A stretch of 64,000 nucleotides of DNA from Squalus acanthias. Lineage: Eukaryota. A program made the position numbers and the translations under genes. The notes below the pieces were generated by a model that saw nothing but the letters and a program-made list of their open reading frames with translations, was not told the origin of the DNA and made no database searches. This document shows positions 35,645 through 49,240 of this stretch, in pieces; position 1 is the first letter of the stretch, and the number at the start of each line of letters is the position of its first letter. The stretch is from NCBI GenBank assembly GCA_030390025.1, contig JASTWF010000071.1, forward strand, positions 930,001-994,000. Reading direction: 5' to 3'.

Positions 35645-35826
35645 NNNNNNNNNNNNNNNNNNNNNNNNNNNNNNNNNNNNNNNNNNNNNNNNNNNNNNNN
35701 NNNNNNNNNNNNNNNNNNNNNNNNNNNNNNNNNNNNNNNNNNNNNNNNNNNNNNNNNNNNNNNNNNNNNNNNNNNNNNNNNNNNNNNNNNNNNNNNNNNN
35801 NNNNNNNNNNNNNNNNNNNNNNNNNN
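35645..35826. other. Assembly gap (182 N)
   Basis: Run of n characters, preceded by G/GA-rich low-complexity sequence. Confidence 1.
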
Positions 35827-37946
35827 TCATTAGTCACAAAAGCTCAACATCCCCAAAGCAAAATGTTTTGGAGCTGAAGTCACGTGAACTGTGGTTTACA
35901 GATTAAAGGCCTGAATTTGAGATAAACCACAAGGGCCAGATAAATATTGCATGAAGTAGAGCACTCCACTGTCTGACCGCTCATTTTCATATCGAGGCTG
36001 TCCGATTTGAAGAGATTCCATGCTGTTCTTCCACTCGGGTTATATATTTTATGCATGGCTGCAAGGCCTTTAAACAAGCACTGCAGAGTTTTCACCTCAA
36101 GTCTGAAAGTTGGGTGAAAAAACTCTACAGACTTCCCAAACAGTGGTCGGATAAACCAGGGGGGGGGGGGGGGGGGGTGAGGGAAAGAAAGAGAAAGCCA
36201 GATCCTGAACACAAGCCACAAAATAAATAATTCATACTAATGAATTACACAAGTGCAGTGACTTATTGTGCAGACAGAGGCGGCAGCCATTCTGCATCAA
36301 CGTTGTCCCAGAAATAAACAATGAAATGAATGAATTCATCTGCTATTTTTTTTAATTTTTTTTTTTTAAGTGGGTGTTGGTAAGGGAGGGACATTGCTCA
36401 GGACAATTCAATGCTCCTCTTCAAATATTGCCATCAGATGTTTTAACATCCACTTAAAAACATGTACGCCTGTTTGGTTCAAGCTTAACACCTCATCCAA
36501 AGGATAGGACCTCTGATGACACAGCACCTCCTCAGTACTGCACTGGACTGGTGTGCAGAGATGTGGGGCTCGAACTCGTGACCTTCTGACACCCAATTAA
36601 TTTAACACTAATCTCCTCTCGGCTTTCATACTACACAAATCTTATAAATTCCGGCGCCACCGTCATTGCGATCACTTCAGATACATAATGGACACAAACA
36701 GATTTAACAAAAAAAAAAATCTTTGAGATTCTTCACTTGTAGAACGTCAAAGTAAAATAGCAACTTCGATAAATGTTATGGCTGGGGTTTTATGCTTCTG
36801 TGCTCACCAGTCAGGGAATGGGCAGGGGGAAAAAAAAAAAAACCACAGGCTGGGCAGCAGTGAACCCCTCATCAGGAGTTTGATAGTAATTATCTGCTGC
36901 TACACTTAAGAACTTCCTGCCTGAAGTTTTCGTTTCTAGTAGATTAGATACATGAAGGCGAATCAGGGTCCATCCACTAACAATGTCACAAATCGCCACT
37001 CAGCATTTTAGCGCTCCCAGTTGTGCCGATGTGAACGAGCACTACAGAAGAAACAGGCATTTAAATATATTCAGCTGCGCTGGCAGCGCACAAGAATCTA
37101 TTCCCAAACACCTGCTTCAAAAGCAGCGAGGACATAAATTCAGCAAGTATATTTTTTTTTAAAAGTGTAACCTGCCAAAACGAGGCTGCTATTCCTAATA
37201 CCAACTTGGCATTAACAGATATTTGTTCAAACACACTAGCTGCTTTCATACTTTGTCTGATCCTGTTTTCAGATGACTGGCTTCAGTGCGCCACCGTCCC
37301 CTTTTACACTGCGCACGCTGTACAATATGGAGACCCGGAGCGGAAAATAAAACACAGGATCAGCTGCCTGGGTTTACGTTATTGAAACCAGCAGTCTTAA
37401 ATCGAAAAACATATTTTTGCAGGTCGATGAAGCTGTTGGTTCCCTGAACATCAGGGTGTTTGTTACACCATGGAGGGCCGCCAACGGATAGAGAACTGCA
37501 CATCTGCTGTCAGCGACACTCCTATCGTGTCGGAGCACCTATGGGTTGAGCCAGCTGCAGAAGCTTAGCATGTGCGATCAATATGAGGGGGCTTTAGAAA
37601 ATAATCAAACCTATAAATGAACCCAGCAATAATCACAAATGCTGTAGTTTAATGCATGCTAAGAACTTGGGACATTTTACTGTGTTAAAGGTGCGATATA
37701 AAACGCAAGTTGTTGATGATGGATTGCTTCAGGTGAAGAAAAAACTAGATCCCACATTCCGTATACTTCTGATTCAGTTTGCCACCGTCGCCAGGACAAC
37801 GCAATGACATCATATTTTTCCCCGTCTTGAAGTTATTTCCTCAGGATCATGATCTGTTCATCTCGGACCCTCGTCAGCTATATTGTGAGTCCACAAAGAG
37901 CCTACCGAAAAGGGAGGGGGGGAGGAAATCAAAAGATGCTACTCAC

Positions 37947-38036
37947 TCATTTGTCGTCATTTCATAGCACTGGTTGAACATGTACGCAAATTCTCCATCG
38001 GGTCCAAAGTCAACTGTAAGCTCCTTCTCGAGGCTC
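37947..38036 (-). CDS. PRKCSH: PRKCSH coding exon
   Basis: AG|(G)SLEKELTVDFGPDGEFAYMFNQCYEMTTN(E)|GTGAGT, 90 nt. Confidence 0.96.
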
Positions 38037-41000
38037 CTATAAAACAGCAGCGGAACGGTAAATCAAGGTGTATTTTCTAGGATGGGGCTTTTTTTTTTTT
38101 TATTGCCTGCTTTGCCAAAGGAATCATCACAGTATGTTAAAAACAATCAGAATCATAGTACCCAAATTCCCCATCCCACTGGCAAATGCAACAAATCAAA
38201 AAAGAGTCAGGAAAATAAAATTTAATTTCGACATCTGATTAAACAAAGTCACACTTTCAAATAAAAACGACAACCTGATAATACTGTAGAATACCACTGA
38301 TCCCGTCGCTCAGTACTGTCGTCATTATTGTTTAAATCATAGTTAACTAAACATTCCCTACCGAGGTGACTTCTGTACTTTAGCCAATGTCCCTTTAGGA
38401 TTTTTTTTGTTCCAGTGTCAGAGAAGCAATGAGACTGTTCAGAACAGAATCCTTGCTTCCTGCGATGCACAGGCATGGATAGCTATGCTTCGTCTGGAGC
38501 AGGACAATCTGCTAGAGTCAATTTCTGAGCGTTCTAAGTATTTGGGGGGGGGGGGGGGGGGATCAATTTGCAAACTATGCAGAACATTACATACCTTATG
38601 TTGCGTGCATTTATTGCACATAAAACCATATCTCACCTATACTATACTTGTGCTCCAAAGCAAGATGTTGGCATATGCAGCAACCCAAGAATCTGAATTG
38701 GACGATACTAATTTTCCATTTGTGCTGTTACTGGTTCAGTTGGGCCAACAGCAGAGACACTACAATTGTCCTCAGTTGGTGGGTGCAAGGAAAAGAGGAG
38801 TAAAAAAATAAAAATGGACCAGAGTCCTACTGCATGGTTACTATGCAGCAACCCCTGCTGGGGTTGTATAGGTGTGAATGTCAAGACGAGGCAGAGATCG
38901 TTCCCGGCTGCGATGCCCCAAAGCGATGAAATAGCCCGTCAACACTCGCAATCTAGCCTCGAGCACGAAGAATTACCAAGGGACCAGAGAGCTGATCCCA
39001 TTTGTGGAGCTGTACCTCAGAAGCAGTCACTGCCTTCAGGGGAAGAAGGGAGAAACTTTTTTTATTTTAAAAGAAATCTGACTTGCAAAAGGAATATTTC
39101 AAAAAACACAAAAAAAAAATGCTGGCAAAAAACAAAATGAATTACCCATATGAAAGTGTTATGTTGTTATATACACTTCCACTTGCCCACAATTGGATTT
39201 TTCCAGTACAGTATTAGGTTTGGAAGTTGGTACTTTCTATCTGAAGTCCTGCATGTTGAATCTAGAATGTAGACTAACAGCACCCGACAACAATTTGATG
39301 GGATTCAAGATAGAGAGATTGACTGTCTGTATGTGGAACTTTTGTGGGCCACAGTCACAACGGCATCTATGAGCACTTTCTTGGCTGTAATGTAATCGTC
39401 AGTCCCATGCTGCAAATTACTTTTCGCGGTAATTCTCTGTGTTTCCTTGCACATTAGGCTCTGTAAACCGAATGCCCGAAGAAAAACAATGGAAACCTGG
39501 ATCTGGACTTTGACCAGACATTTTTACACACCTGGTGCAGGTTCCCAGTACCTATAAAAAAAACCTGATGAGATTTTATATTATACACGGGTAGGGTGTA
39601 CAATTCCTCGCTGGCATGGTGTCACATCATCACAGTGACTATTTCCCAATGCTGCCAGCGCACGACTCTCAGGTGCTGCAATTTGCAATGATTTACATGT
39701 TGTACCCACTGCTCCATAAAAACCAATCACCCAAGTACATGAACCAACTCAGATATAACCTCCCCCCACCACCAAATTACTTGCTTCCATCCAAAAGGTC
39801 ACCAAAACCACAAAAATCCCCAACAAATTCCAAAATAATGAATTAAATAGGCAGGTTTCCTCAGTCCAGCAGTACCTTCCTAAGCAACCGATTGAAATGT
39901 CACAGAAACGACTCAAGAGTTTCCTGTCCTCTGTAATAATCACCTCCCCTACCAACAGCACAACGTCACATCCTGGACTACTTCCTCCAATATGAGCGGA
40001 AAATACCAACCACTTCACCATGCCAAATATGAAGGCACATAGGTCTGCACAAAAGCAATTTTTTTTTTATATAAACGAAGTGTCGGGGGGAAGAAAGTAG
40101 CGGTGTTCGGGCGATACCAAACTTGGGTTGGAAAAGTCAGTAGATTCTAGTGGAAAGGCAAGGAAGGAGGTAAGGAACCCCTCAGTGAGGAGTCTAGATT
40201 GCAACACCAATCAGATGCAAGAGTTAAGCTTAGCTCAGTACTATACTTGGTGCTAACTGGTGGATCACCCATGGCTTTGCCCACAAAGCAAGTTTCCCTC
40301 CGAGTGCATTAGTGACGCTGCAGGTATAAGTGCGGGCCTCTAAAGCTTATGGAGCTCCATCTGGTAGTTGGTGTGCAGCTGACTGCGTGCCACAGAATGA
40401 CGTCCAAATAAGGGAGTGCGCGACTGGCGTAGTATACTTAACATATTGCAGAAAAATAAAGACTCTCTAGAATGTAGGGCAGGGCTTTATTAGTAAAGCA
40501 GAAATGGTCTGATGTGTTGACAAGTTCAGATTATTAGTCAAGGCAGACTAATACCCGAAAGTGCCCATCAGCCCACCGTACTGAGCTTCCTTCAGCTTTG
40601 AACCAGTCAGCCTCAACACACTCAGGTACAGCCATATTCAGCCTAATGCTGACAATTAATAACATTTCTAATAACCAAAGTAGAGTAAGAATTCAATAAA
40701 CTATGCAACAAAAGCTTGTTTCACTGAATACCTTTTTGAAACAAAAGAACGTAGTAATTTCCAATTTGGCCCATATAAAGGGAATTTTCCCTTTAAAAAA
40801 AAAACGCACTCAGTTCAATCGACAGTAAAGCGTTTCAAGAGGAGAGTTGCTGGTGTGGCCGATGCAATATTCCAGCATTCATATTCTGCACCTCCCTGCA
40901 CCAAATGGAGAGCCCAAGTTCTCTCCATTACTTCCGAATACAAATAGTGAACCAAGGTAAAGCCACTGGAAGCAGATCAGTTCTACCTCCTGTAAACACA

Positions 41001-41646
41001 AGTTATAGAGACATTGCATATTTGGCTGGCTCTTTTGTGGGCCAGATTTGAATTTGGTTTTGGAAGGTTATCTTGTCCCCTGGGGATAGACTCAGCAACT
41101 CTTATATTAACATTTCAGTACTGCACAGGAAATCGCTTAAATCACACCAATTATTATTATTTTTTTTTTTTTTAAGTTTAATGTCAAATATTTCTGCCAT
41201 CCAGGTCTTCGGTGACAGATCACGTTGGAGAATTACCTCCTGTGTTAACTATGTCAAGCGCCCTCAGTCAGTTACAGCACAGATAGATGTACTGTAAAGA
41301 TCCTTTATGCTCTGCCTTAACTACCGCAGAAGAGCACCTTTTCTTTTCCTATGTCTTCTCTGCCCCCTCCAACCACCAATTCGCCTTACGATAACAGGAG
41401 TTTAGCAGTATTTTATCTTCAACGCTATATCTGCTAGTCCCTCAGCTTTAATGGGGAGACTTGCAAATAGCAAATCACTCAAGTTTTTGAACTACTTCAA
41501 GCTCTGGGCCCACAGATGCTATTGTGGCTTCTCTGAGAGAGATTTTCTCAGCTTAATTAAAAAGATGTTCCAGGTTTTTGAAATGCCAGACGCATTACTT
41601 GCATTGAATATCAAACAGCCAATGTTTTATATTCGAGGTACATTAC

Positions 41647-41716
41647 CCGATTGCATTCTCCACCTCCTTCAGCGACTTCTCTGCTTCGGCTAATTCATTT
41701 CTAGCTTTGTCAGCAA
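41647..41716 (-). CDS. PRKCSH: PRKCSH coding exon
   Basis: AG|(V)ADKARNELAEAEKSLKEVENAI(G)|GTAATG, 70 nt. Phases fit both neighbouring exons. Confidence 0.93.
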
Positions 41717-43649
41717 CTGAAAAGCAAATGACATGCAGGTAAACAGGCAGTAGGCTAAACACAGCATTAAACGGGATTCCAACAAGCATGACAACTTTGC
41801 TGTAGCACAACAGGTGTAAACTTGTTCAGTATGCATCGGTCACCCGCCCTTGATTTCTCCACAAAAAGGAAAAGGTGATGATAATAGCATTAGTATAACA
41901 CCTTGCATGTCAAAATGTCTCAAAGTGCTTTGCACAATTATACGAGCAGAGGTATTATTCGGTAAACTGCAGAACGCTGGCAAATCAATGTACTGCAGTA
42001 GGTTATATGTCTACATACTCCAAAAGTCACAAAGAAAAAGGCAGTGAGTCATCACTCGAGCATCTCTGAGAAACTGGGTACACCGATACTGGCAGAGGTG
42101 TCAAGGCAAGTCACATGTATGCCAGTAGCCTGGGATTCTGGAAATGGGAAAAGCTTTTTTTTGGTTATATAAAACAGTCACTTCAGAAAGCTGAAATTAT
42201 TTACCTTAAATCTGGCTGTTGCACGACTGGTTAAGAGTTTACAAGACAGCTCCGAGAAATAGGCTGCCCGGCTGCATGCATGGAGGCAATGAATCCTTTA
42301 ACGCAAGTGTGATTATCTAGCATTAACGTACACGGCTACATACATCCCAGCACCTCCCCACTGATCATCCTCCTCCTCCGCCTCCCCCCACAAGGTATTC
42401 TACTCAATTTCCTTCAGTCACAAGTCAACTTTCATTGCTGCTCACAGCAGGGAGCTGCCCTTGCATTGTTCGGATGAGATGTTAAACGGAGGCCCTGTCT
42501 GCCTGCTCAGGTAGATGTAAAAGATTCTATCGCACTATTTGAAGAGGAGCGGGGCAGATGATCGGATGTGGGCAAAATTTATTCAACAGCACTAAATACA
42601 GATTATCTAGTCATTTATCTCATTGCAGTGTGCGTGCAAATTGGCTGACAGATTAGCCTGTGACTACACCTCAAGAGTAATTTGTTGACATCTTGAGAAC
42701 ATTAAAAAGGTGCTACATAAAAATAAATTCATTCTTTCTTAATAAGCATGTTTCTGTGCTCCTATACAACTAGAAATTGCTTCCAATGACTTCCTCTCTC
42801 CTCACGCCACGCTAAGTACTTCTTCATTTATCTCGACTGTCATGCAGACCAGAAGGAATTACACGTGGAATCTCAAGTACAAGATGATGTTCCTTAGCAT
42901 CTAGCTTGCAAAACGAAGTGTAAATATTGGTTTCACAAGCTGGTGGGGGAATCATGACAGATTCAATGATGGAATCAGACAGTGAGGGGCATCAAAAAGT
43001 AGTCTTGGGGCTGTTTATGCACCAACTTTCAGAGTTCTATAAGCAACAAGTGGCGCATCAACCAGAACAAGTGTTTGATGCACAAAATTTGCTGGGATTT
43101 ACACGAGAAATATCCCAGAAGTTAATTCCATACTATGTGCACTGTAGCATAAATTGGTCACTCTGCAATTTAGCGCTACTCACTGCAATGCTAGAAGAAG
43201 TAACTAAGGTTGTAAGAATTACTGGGGTGCTCCCTTGATGATCTACTGGATAACGATGGCCCCTAGTGTCGCAGCAAGGGATTGGGAGCAGAAAGTCTCA
43301 GGTTCAATTCCTGGTCCGTGCCGAGATAGCCGCTTTCAACAAGAGCTAAGGTTGGGTTACCTCAGCACCCATGAACTAAAAAGGCCAAAGAATCAGCCCA
43401 GGTCCTTCTCCAAATTGCTATCCACTGACCCGTGCTGGAAGAAGCATTTGTGTGGACGCAGATGAGCAATAGGATCCAGCTCAGATATGATGCCCTCCAC
43501 TGTCAAATAGTCTACCGTCATTCATTGGGCTCACATCAAGAACGGCTGCGAAGGACCAGCAAGAGTTAGTGCATTCGGGGGGGGGGGGGGGGGGGAAAGA
43601 AGGATAACTGGCAAAAAAAGTTTTCAAAATTAAACGGTTAGTCTCTAAA

Positions 43650-44070
43650 GGACTTGCAATAACATCGCACCTTTTACCTCCAGACATCTTAAAGCACTTC
43701 ACAGCCAACCAATTACTTCTGAAATGTAGTCATTGTTATGTAGGCAAATGCAGCAGCCAGTTTGCACAGTTATGATGAATGACTGGTTAATCTATTTTTG
43801 GTGACGTCAGTCGATGAATAAATAAATGTTGTCCAGGACACCTGGGCAACTTCCATGCTCTTCTCCGAACAGTGCCACTGGATCTTCGATATCCACCAGA
43901 GGTCGCCTCGATTTGACGCCGTATCGGAAAGACAGTACCGCTGGCGATGCTGTACTCACTCAGTGCTGCATTGGAGCGTCAGCCTACAGGATATTCTCGA
44001 GCCCAGGAATGGGGCTTGGAACCAACGACCTTCTGACTCGAAAGGGGAGCGTGCTACCAATGAGCCACGT
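43650..44070 (-). mobile_element. Diverged Deu-domain SINE
   Basis: AAAGCACTTCACAGCCAA...CAGGACACCTGGGCAACTTCC...GACCTTCTGACTCG...GTGCTACCAATGAGCCAC. Confidence 0.7.
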
Positions 44071-46589
44071 TGAAAGTGAAAGTCATGGCACAACGCACTG
44101 CTCCGTCAGCATTTACTGCAATTCAACACCAAGCTTCAGAATTGGCAAAAAAAAAACAGCTGAAGTCTATGCAGGAGGATGCTGGTGGAGATGATGAAAA
44201 GAGTGAAAAATAATTACACATCAAGACTATTGAAGACGACAAGGGAAACTGGCAACGTTCCATAAAGAAAACCTAGTATTTGAAGGGGTTAAGAAAACCG
44301 CTCTTAAATGGGTCTCGAGTGTGTAGCTACATGCTCACAGCAGGGCCAGGCTCCTGCACGATATGGCGCCAGAAAGGCTGCAGCCTTGAGCCGAGAGCCA
44401 GCAATTTAGGTTGGAAAATGCTGCATTATCCTCCCAGCAGGAACCAGCACCTGCCGTCCTCGGAGACAATGACATCAGCTTTATGCACGCTGACACAGCC
44501 ACTTACACAAACACCGTCTTCTCTTCGGGGACCACAGCTACTCCATATTTCATGACAATCGATTTTTTTTTTTTTTTAAACATTATCACTATGCAAAAAG
44601 AAATTTAAAAAAAAACCCACAGCAAATCCATTTCCGCATATGAAAATCGCACAAGTGTGCAGAATGATTTTAAAAAAAAACTAAATAAAATGTTGTGCTG
44701 ACTAGGAACGGGAGCAAATTCAATGATTAAAGAGGTTATCTTGAGCATATTACGTCTCAAAGCGCTAGGTGCCAGGCTGCCTGCTAGTAAAGTGGCAGAT
44801 TGATGGGTTTCACCCCAGGTCATCAACTGGGTCAGAATTTCGGGGACAAAACAGGTCACAAAATACAACACTAATTTCACTCTTTGACAGGGAAGTGACT
44901 AAATATACGGAGGTCTCTTGTGATTAACAATTAGATTTTTTTTTTTCCTCTCAAGTTGTTCAATTATAATCCTCAATATGGGGCTCCCTTTTCCAGCAAA
45001 TTGAATGCAGAGCAGGGGGAGGCGAGGGTGGGGACGGAGACATACTCTCCTTACTTACGGTTGTCAAGGGTCTTAAGAGATTTAATCCATTAAGCAGGAC
45101 CCCACTAGACTAATTTGGCAATGTTGCTGAGAGAAGTTGAAGGAGACCAGATGGGACAGAAGTGCATGATTATGAAAAAATATACAACATAGATATAATT
45201 TTAAAAAAACACCCGTACATCAGAAAAGTCAGGGACAGACTAGCCCCAAAACTCAGCCCTCCGGTATTCTAATTCCTCCAACACAGCATCCAGCTGCACT
45301 TTGAACAATACCAATGTTTCTGTCTCTATAACCCTGATTATGTCAAACATTTATCACTCTTCCCTGCCGTTTTAAGTTACTTTGCACTAATTTTCATTTA
45401 TGCGCTCTGTCCTACCTTCCTGGCTTGCTTTGAAGCAATAATCTGGGTTTAATTTAATCTACACGATTGAGTATTTTATATACGCTGATGAATGCCTCCT
45501 TAACCACACCTTCTTTCTTAGCCTGTAAAAACAGAGGCCTTAATCTTCCTCACAGCTCAACCTCTGCACAATTAGGAGCAGCTTGTTGCCCATCTCGGTA
45601 GAAGCCTTCTTGGTACTTGTAATATTTGTCAACGCTTGTTGTAAGTTGCTACTTATTTGGAACAAGTATAAAATAGCCCATTCATTACCACCAGCACTTT
45701 GCTGATGTAATATAAATGCTTTACGTTTCCATTGCTTCTTAAAAAAAAAGAGGTATTATTCACACCCTCCATTTTGAAAATAAAATGTTTTCAAAATGGC
45801 AGCTGCAAAGGAAGCCCACAACTTAAGGAGTCTTACCTCTTTTCATCTAAAATAATTTTCCATTACAAGGAGGCTTGATAGAAACCAAACAGATATTTAC
45901 AGGGCAAATAAGCCTCAAGCCGAAAGGAAAATTCTGACTCCTTCTGTCAATTCTATGTTCTAGGATCAAAAAAAATTCAGATAAGCCTTCGCTGCTCATT
46001 TTGTAGTTTCAGGCCTTGAACTTCAAAAAGAAAAAATTCTCTTCGGTTTGTCAAATGAATCGGTATCCAGCGGACTGCTCCACAAATCTAGGTCACTTTC
46101 ATAGATGGAAGCCTGAAACCACCCTGGTACAAGGATAAGTGCTGGCAGAAAGCTGCTGGCTCAGCCCTGACCCGTCCTTTGATGTGTTTAAAAACGAAAG
46201 ATAAAGAGGATAAAGCAAGGAAGCAGAAAATAAAAAAAAGGAACACTGCCAGCGGTTTTCTGCAGCAGCAGCAGCTTTGCTGAAATAGAACGGTGAAGCC
46301 TGCAGTGGCCTCTCCTTGTCCTGACCTCTCAAAACAAGAATTGCTCAGCAAAGAAATAAAATTATAGAAAAGCTGAAGCTGCTCAGTTCCCATTATGTTC
46401 TCTTCCCACAATGTCAGATCTGGAAACAGGAATTTTGACATGCAATGGATATCTGAAGATTTTTCAAAAGCCATTTAAGCAGAAAGCATTCCATGGACCA
46501 CAAATTCACATGGCCAATAAAATGAATCATATCTAGTATAGAGGACCCTGCACAACAAATAACAGTTTCTGCGTACTTATTTACAGTCT

Positions 46590-47440
46590 CTAAATTGTCA
46601 CACTGCTGGCCCGACATCCAGTACTGGATGAGCAGAAATTTTCTCCAACTAAATATTGGGAAGACCAAAGCCATTGTCTTGGATGCCCGCCACAAACTCC
46701 GTTCCCTTGCCACCGATTCCATCCCTGGTAACTGTCTGAAGCTGAACCAGTCCGTTCGCAACCTTGGTGTCGTATTGATCCCAAGATGCGCTTCCAACCA
46801 CATATCCGCACCATCACCAAGACCGCCTACTGCCGCCTCCGTAACATCGCCCAACTCAGCCCGTCTCAGCTCATCTGCTGCTGAAACCCTCATCTACGCC
46901 TGCGTTACTTCTGGACTGGATTATTCCACCGGACTCCCATCTTCCACCCTCCATAAACTTGAGCTCATTCAAAACTCGGCTGCCTGTGTCCTAACTCACA
47001 CCAAGTCCTGTTAACCCATCACCCTGTGCTCACTGACCTACAGCGGCTCCCGGTCCAGCAACGCCTCAATTTAAAAATTCTCATCCTCGTTTGCAAATCC
47101 CTCCCTGGCCTCACCCCTCCCCACCTCTAACCCCCTCCAGTGCTACTACCCTCCAAGATCTCTGCGCTCCTCCAATTCTGGCCTCTTGCGCATCCCCTAT
47201 TTTAATCACTCCTCCACTGGCAGCCATGCTTTCACCTGCCTAGGCCCTAAACTCTGGAATTCCCTCCATAAACCTGTCCACCTCTCTCCTCCTTTAAGAC
47301 ACTCCTTAAAACCTACCTCTTTGGCCAAGCTTTTGGTCATCTGCCCTGTAACATGCAGCTCGGTGTCAAATTTTGTTTGATAACGCTCCCGAAGTGCCTT
47401 GGGATATTTTACTACATTAAAGGCGCTATATAAATGCAAG
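46590..47440 (+). mobile_element. L2 LINE 3' fragment
   Basis: ORF 46595-47014 has DIQYWMSRNFLQLNIGKTKAIV...VRNLGV...AETLIYACVTSGLDY...LELIQNSAACVLT, then LGPKLWNSL and tail AAAGGCGCTATATAAATGCAAG. A Deu-SINE tail follows to ~47560. Confidence 0.88.
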
Positions 47441-48199
47441 CTGATGATTAGTTCCTACATTACAATAGTGACTACACTTCAAAAAAAAAAGTACTTCATT
47501 GGTTGTGAAGTGTTTTGGGACGTCCTGAGGTTGTGAAAGGCACTATGTAAATTCAAGTCTTTTTAGTTTTATGATGCACCTTTTGGAAAAAAAAAATATG
47601 AACCACTTAAATTATTCCTTGCTACCCAAAAAGTTGAGACATAATCAGAGTGCAGATACACACACATTGAGGGGAGGATTTTCTCTGGCTGCCAGGTGTC
47701 AGCGGCATCGTAAGCATTGCAGGAAGATTCCATATACTTAACATTTCAGGGACATTTTAAAATGCCAAGGACAGATGTACAATTTTACTGGCAATAAAAA
47801 AAAACTTCCTCCATTGCTTTATTTGCTGGTAACCATGTCAATTTTAGTTACTACATCAATTAAACAGTGCAAATGTTTACTATGTGGAATGCACTGCCAT
47901 CATGAGAAAGAATGAACTGAGCACTGTAAGTGTGATTATTACAACACAGAATCAAACTAGGACAACGAGATGACTAAATCGTGATCAACACCCTCTGAAC
48001 CTCTCAATGAGTCAGCTGCATATATAGACTTCTTGCCGCCTCCTCCTTCCACCTTTAGTTTTTAATGATTTCTTGCATTTTAAACTAAAACTGCAGCCCA
48101 AGGCAGCATCTTTGAAATCCTGCACAACTTTTATACGGCCCTCTCCTCTTTGCCTATCCATGTAATCCTACGCAACACTATTGTAGTAGTCAGCTGCAA

Positions 48200-49240
48200 G
48201 TGAGGTCAGAAGTGGGGATGTTCGCTGATGATTGCAGTGTTCAGCTCCATTCGCAATTCCTCAGATAATGAAGCAGTCCATGCCCACATGCAGCAAGACC
48301 TGGACAACATCTAGGCTTGAGCTGATGAGTAGCAGGTAACATTCACGCCACACAAGTACCAGGCAATGGCCAACGAGAAAGTCTATCCACCTCCCCTTGA
48401 CAGTCAATGGCATTACCATGGTCAAATCCCCCCCATCAACATCCGAGTGGTCACCACTGACCAGAAACTTAACTGCACCAGCCACATAAATAATGTGGCT
48501 ACAAGAGCAAGTCAGAGGCTGGGTATTCTGCAGCAAGTAACTCACCTCCTGACTCTCCAAAGCCTTTCCACTACCTACAAGGCACATGTTAGGAGTGCAA
48601 TGGAATACTCTCCACTTGCTTGGATGAGTGCAAGAAGCTCACCATCCAGGATAAAGCAGCCCGCTTTATCAGCACCCTATCCCACCACCTTAAACCTTCG
48701 CTCCCTCCACCACCGGCACAACATGGCTGCAGTGTGTACAAGATGCACCGCAGCAACTCCCCAAGACTTCAACAGCACCTCCCAAATCAGAGGCCCCGAC
48801 CACCTAGAAGGCCAAGAGCAGCAGGCCCATGGGAACACCACCAATGTTCTCTTTAAGCTGTGCGGTTGCGCAGCTCTGCAGCTCTCGCACAGCCGGCTCA
48901 CCGGCTTTTAAATAGGAAAAACCACACATGCGTGGTACTGAGTGGGCCATGCAACCCCTTAAAGGGGTCACGCACTCAAAAAAAATTAAAAGGAACATTG
49001 AACACCAGCACCTCCAAGTTACACACCATCCTGACTTGGAAATATATCACCATTCCTTCATGGTCGCTGGGTTAAAATACTGGAACTCCCTACCCAAAAG
49101 CACCGTGGGAGTACCTTCACCACACGGACTGGAGTGGTTCAAAAAGGCAGCTCACCACCACCACCTTCGAGAGCAATTAGGGATGGGCAATAAATGCTCG
49201 CCTTACCAGCAACGCCCACACCCGGTGAATGAATAAATTA
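48200..49240 (+). mobile_element. Decayed CR1-group LINE 3' fragment (RT FADD motif), interrupted by a MITE
   Basis: GGGATGTTCGCTGATGATTGC (MFADDC), then YKAHVRSAMEYSPLAWMSA and KYWNSLP; tail CAATTAGGGATGGGCAATAAATGCT. Confidence 0.8.
48842..49000. mobile_element. hAT-type MITE (159 bp)
   Basis: TIRs CAATGTTCTCTTTAA / TTAAAAGGAACATTG with 8-bp TSD AACACCAC / AACACCAG. Confidence 0.85.

Noticed and set aside
35541-35877. ORFs spanning 35541-35877
   Set aside because: Artefacts of the N gap.
36855-36885. Minus-strand CUGAUGA (also + strand at ~39565) as a hammerhead or C/D snoRNA box
   Set aside because: No properly spaced GAAA/stem II, and no partner box with a terminal stem.
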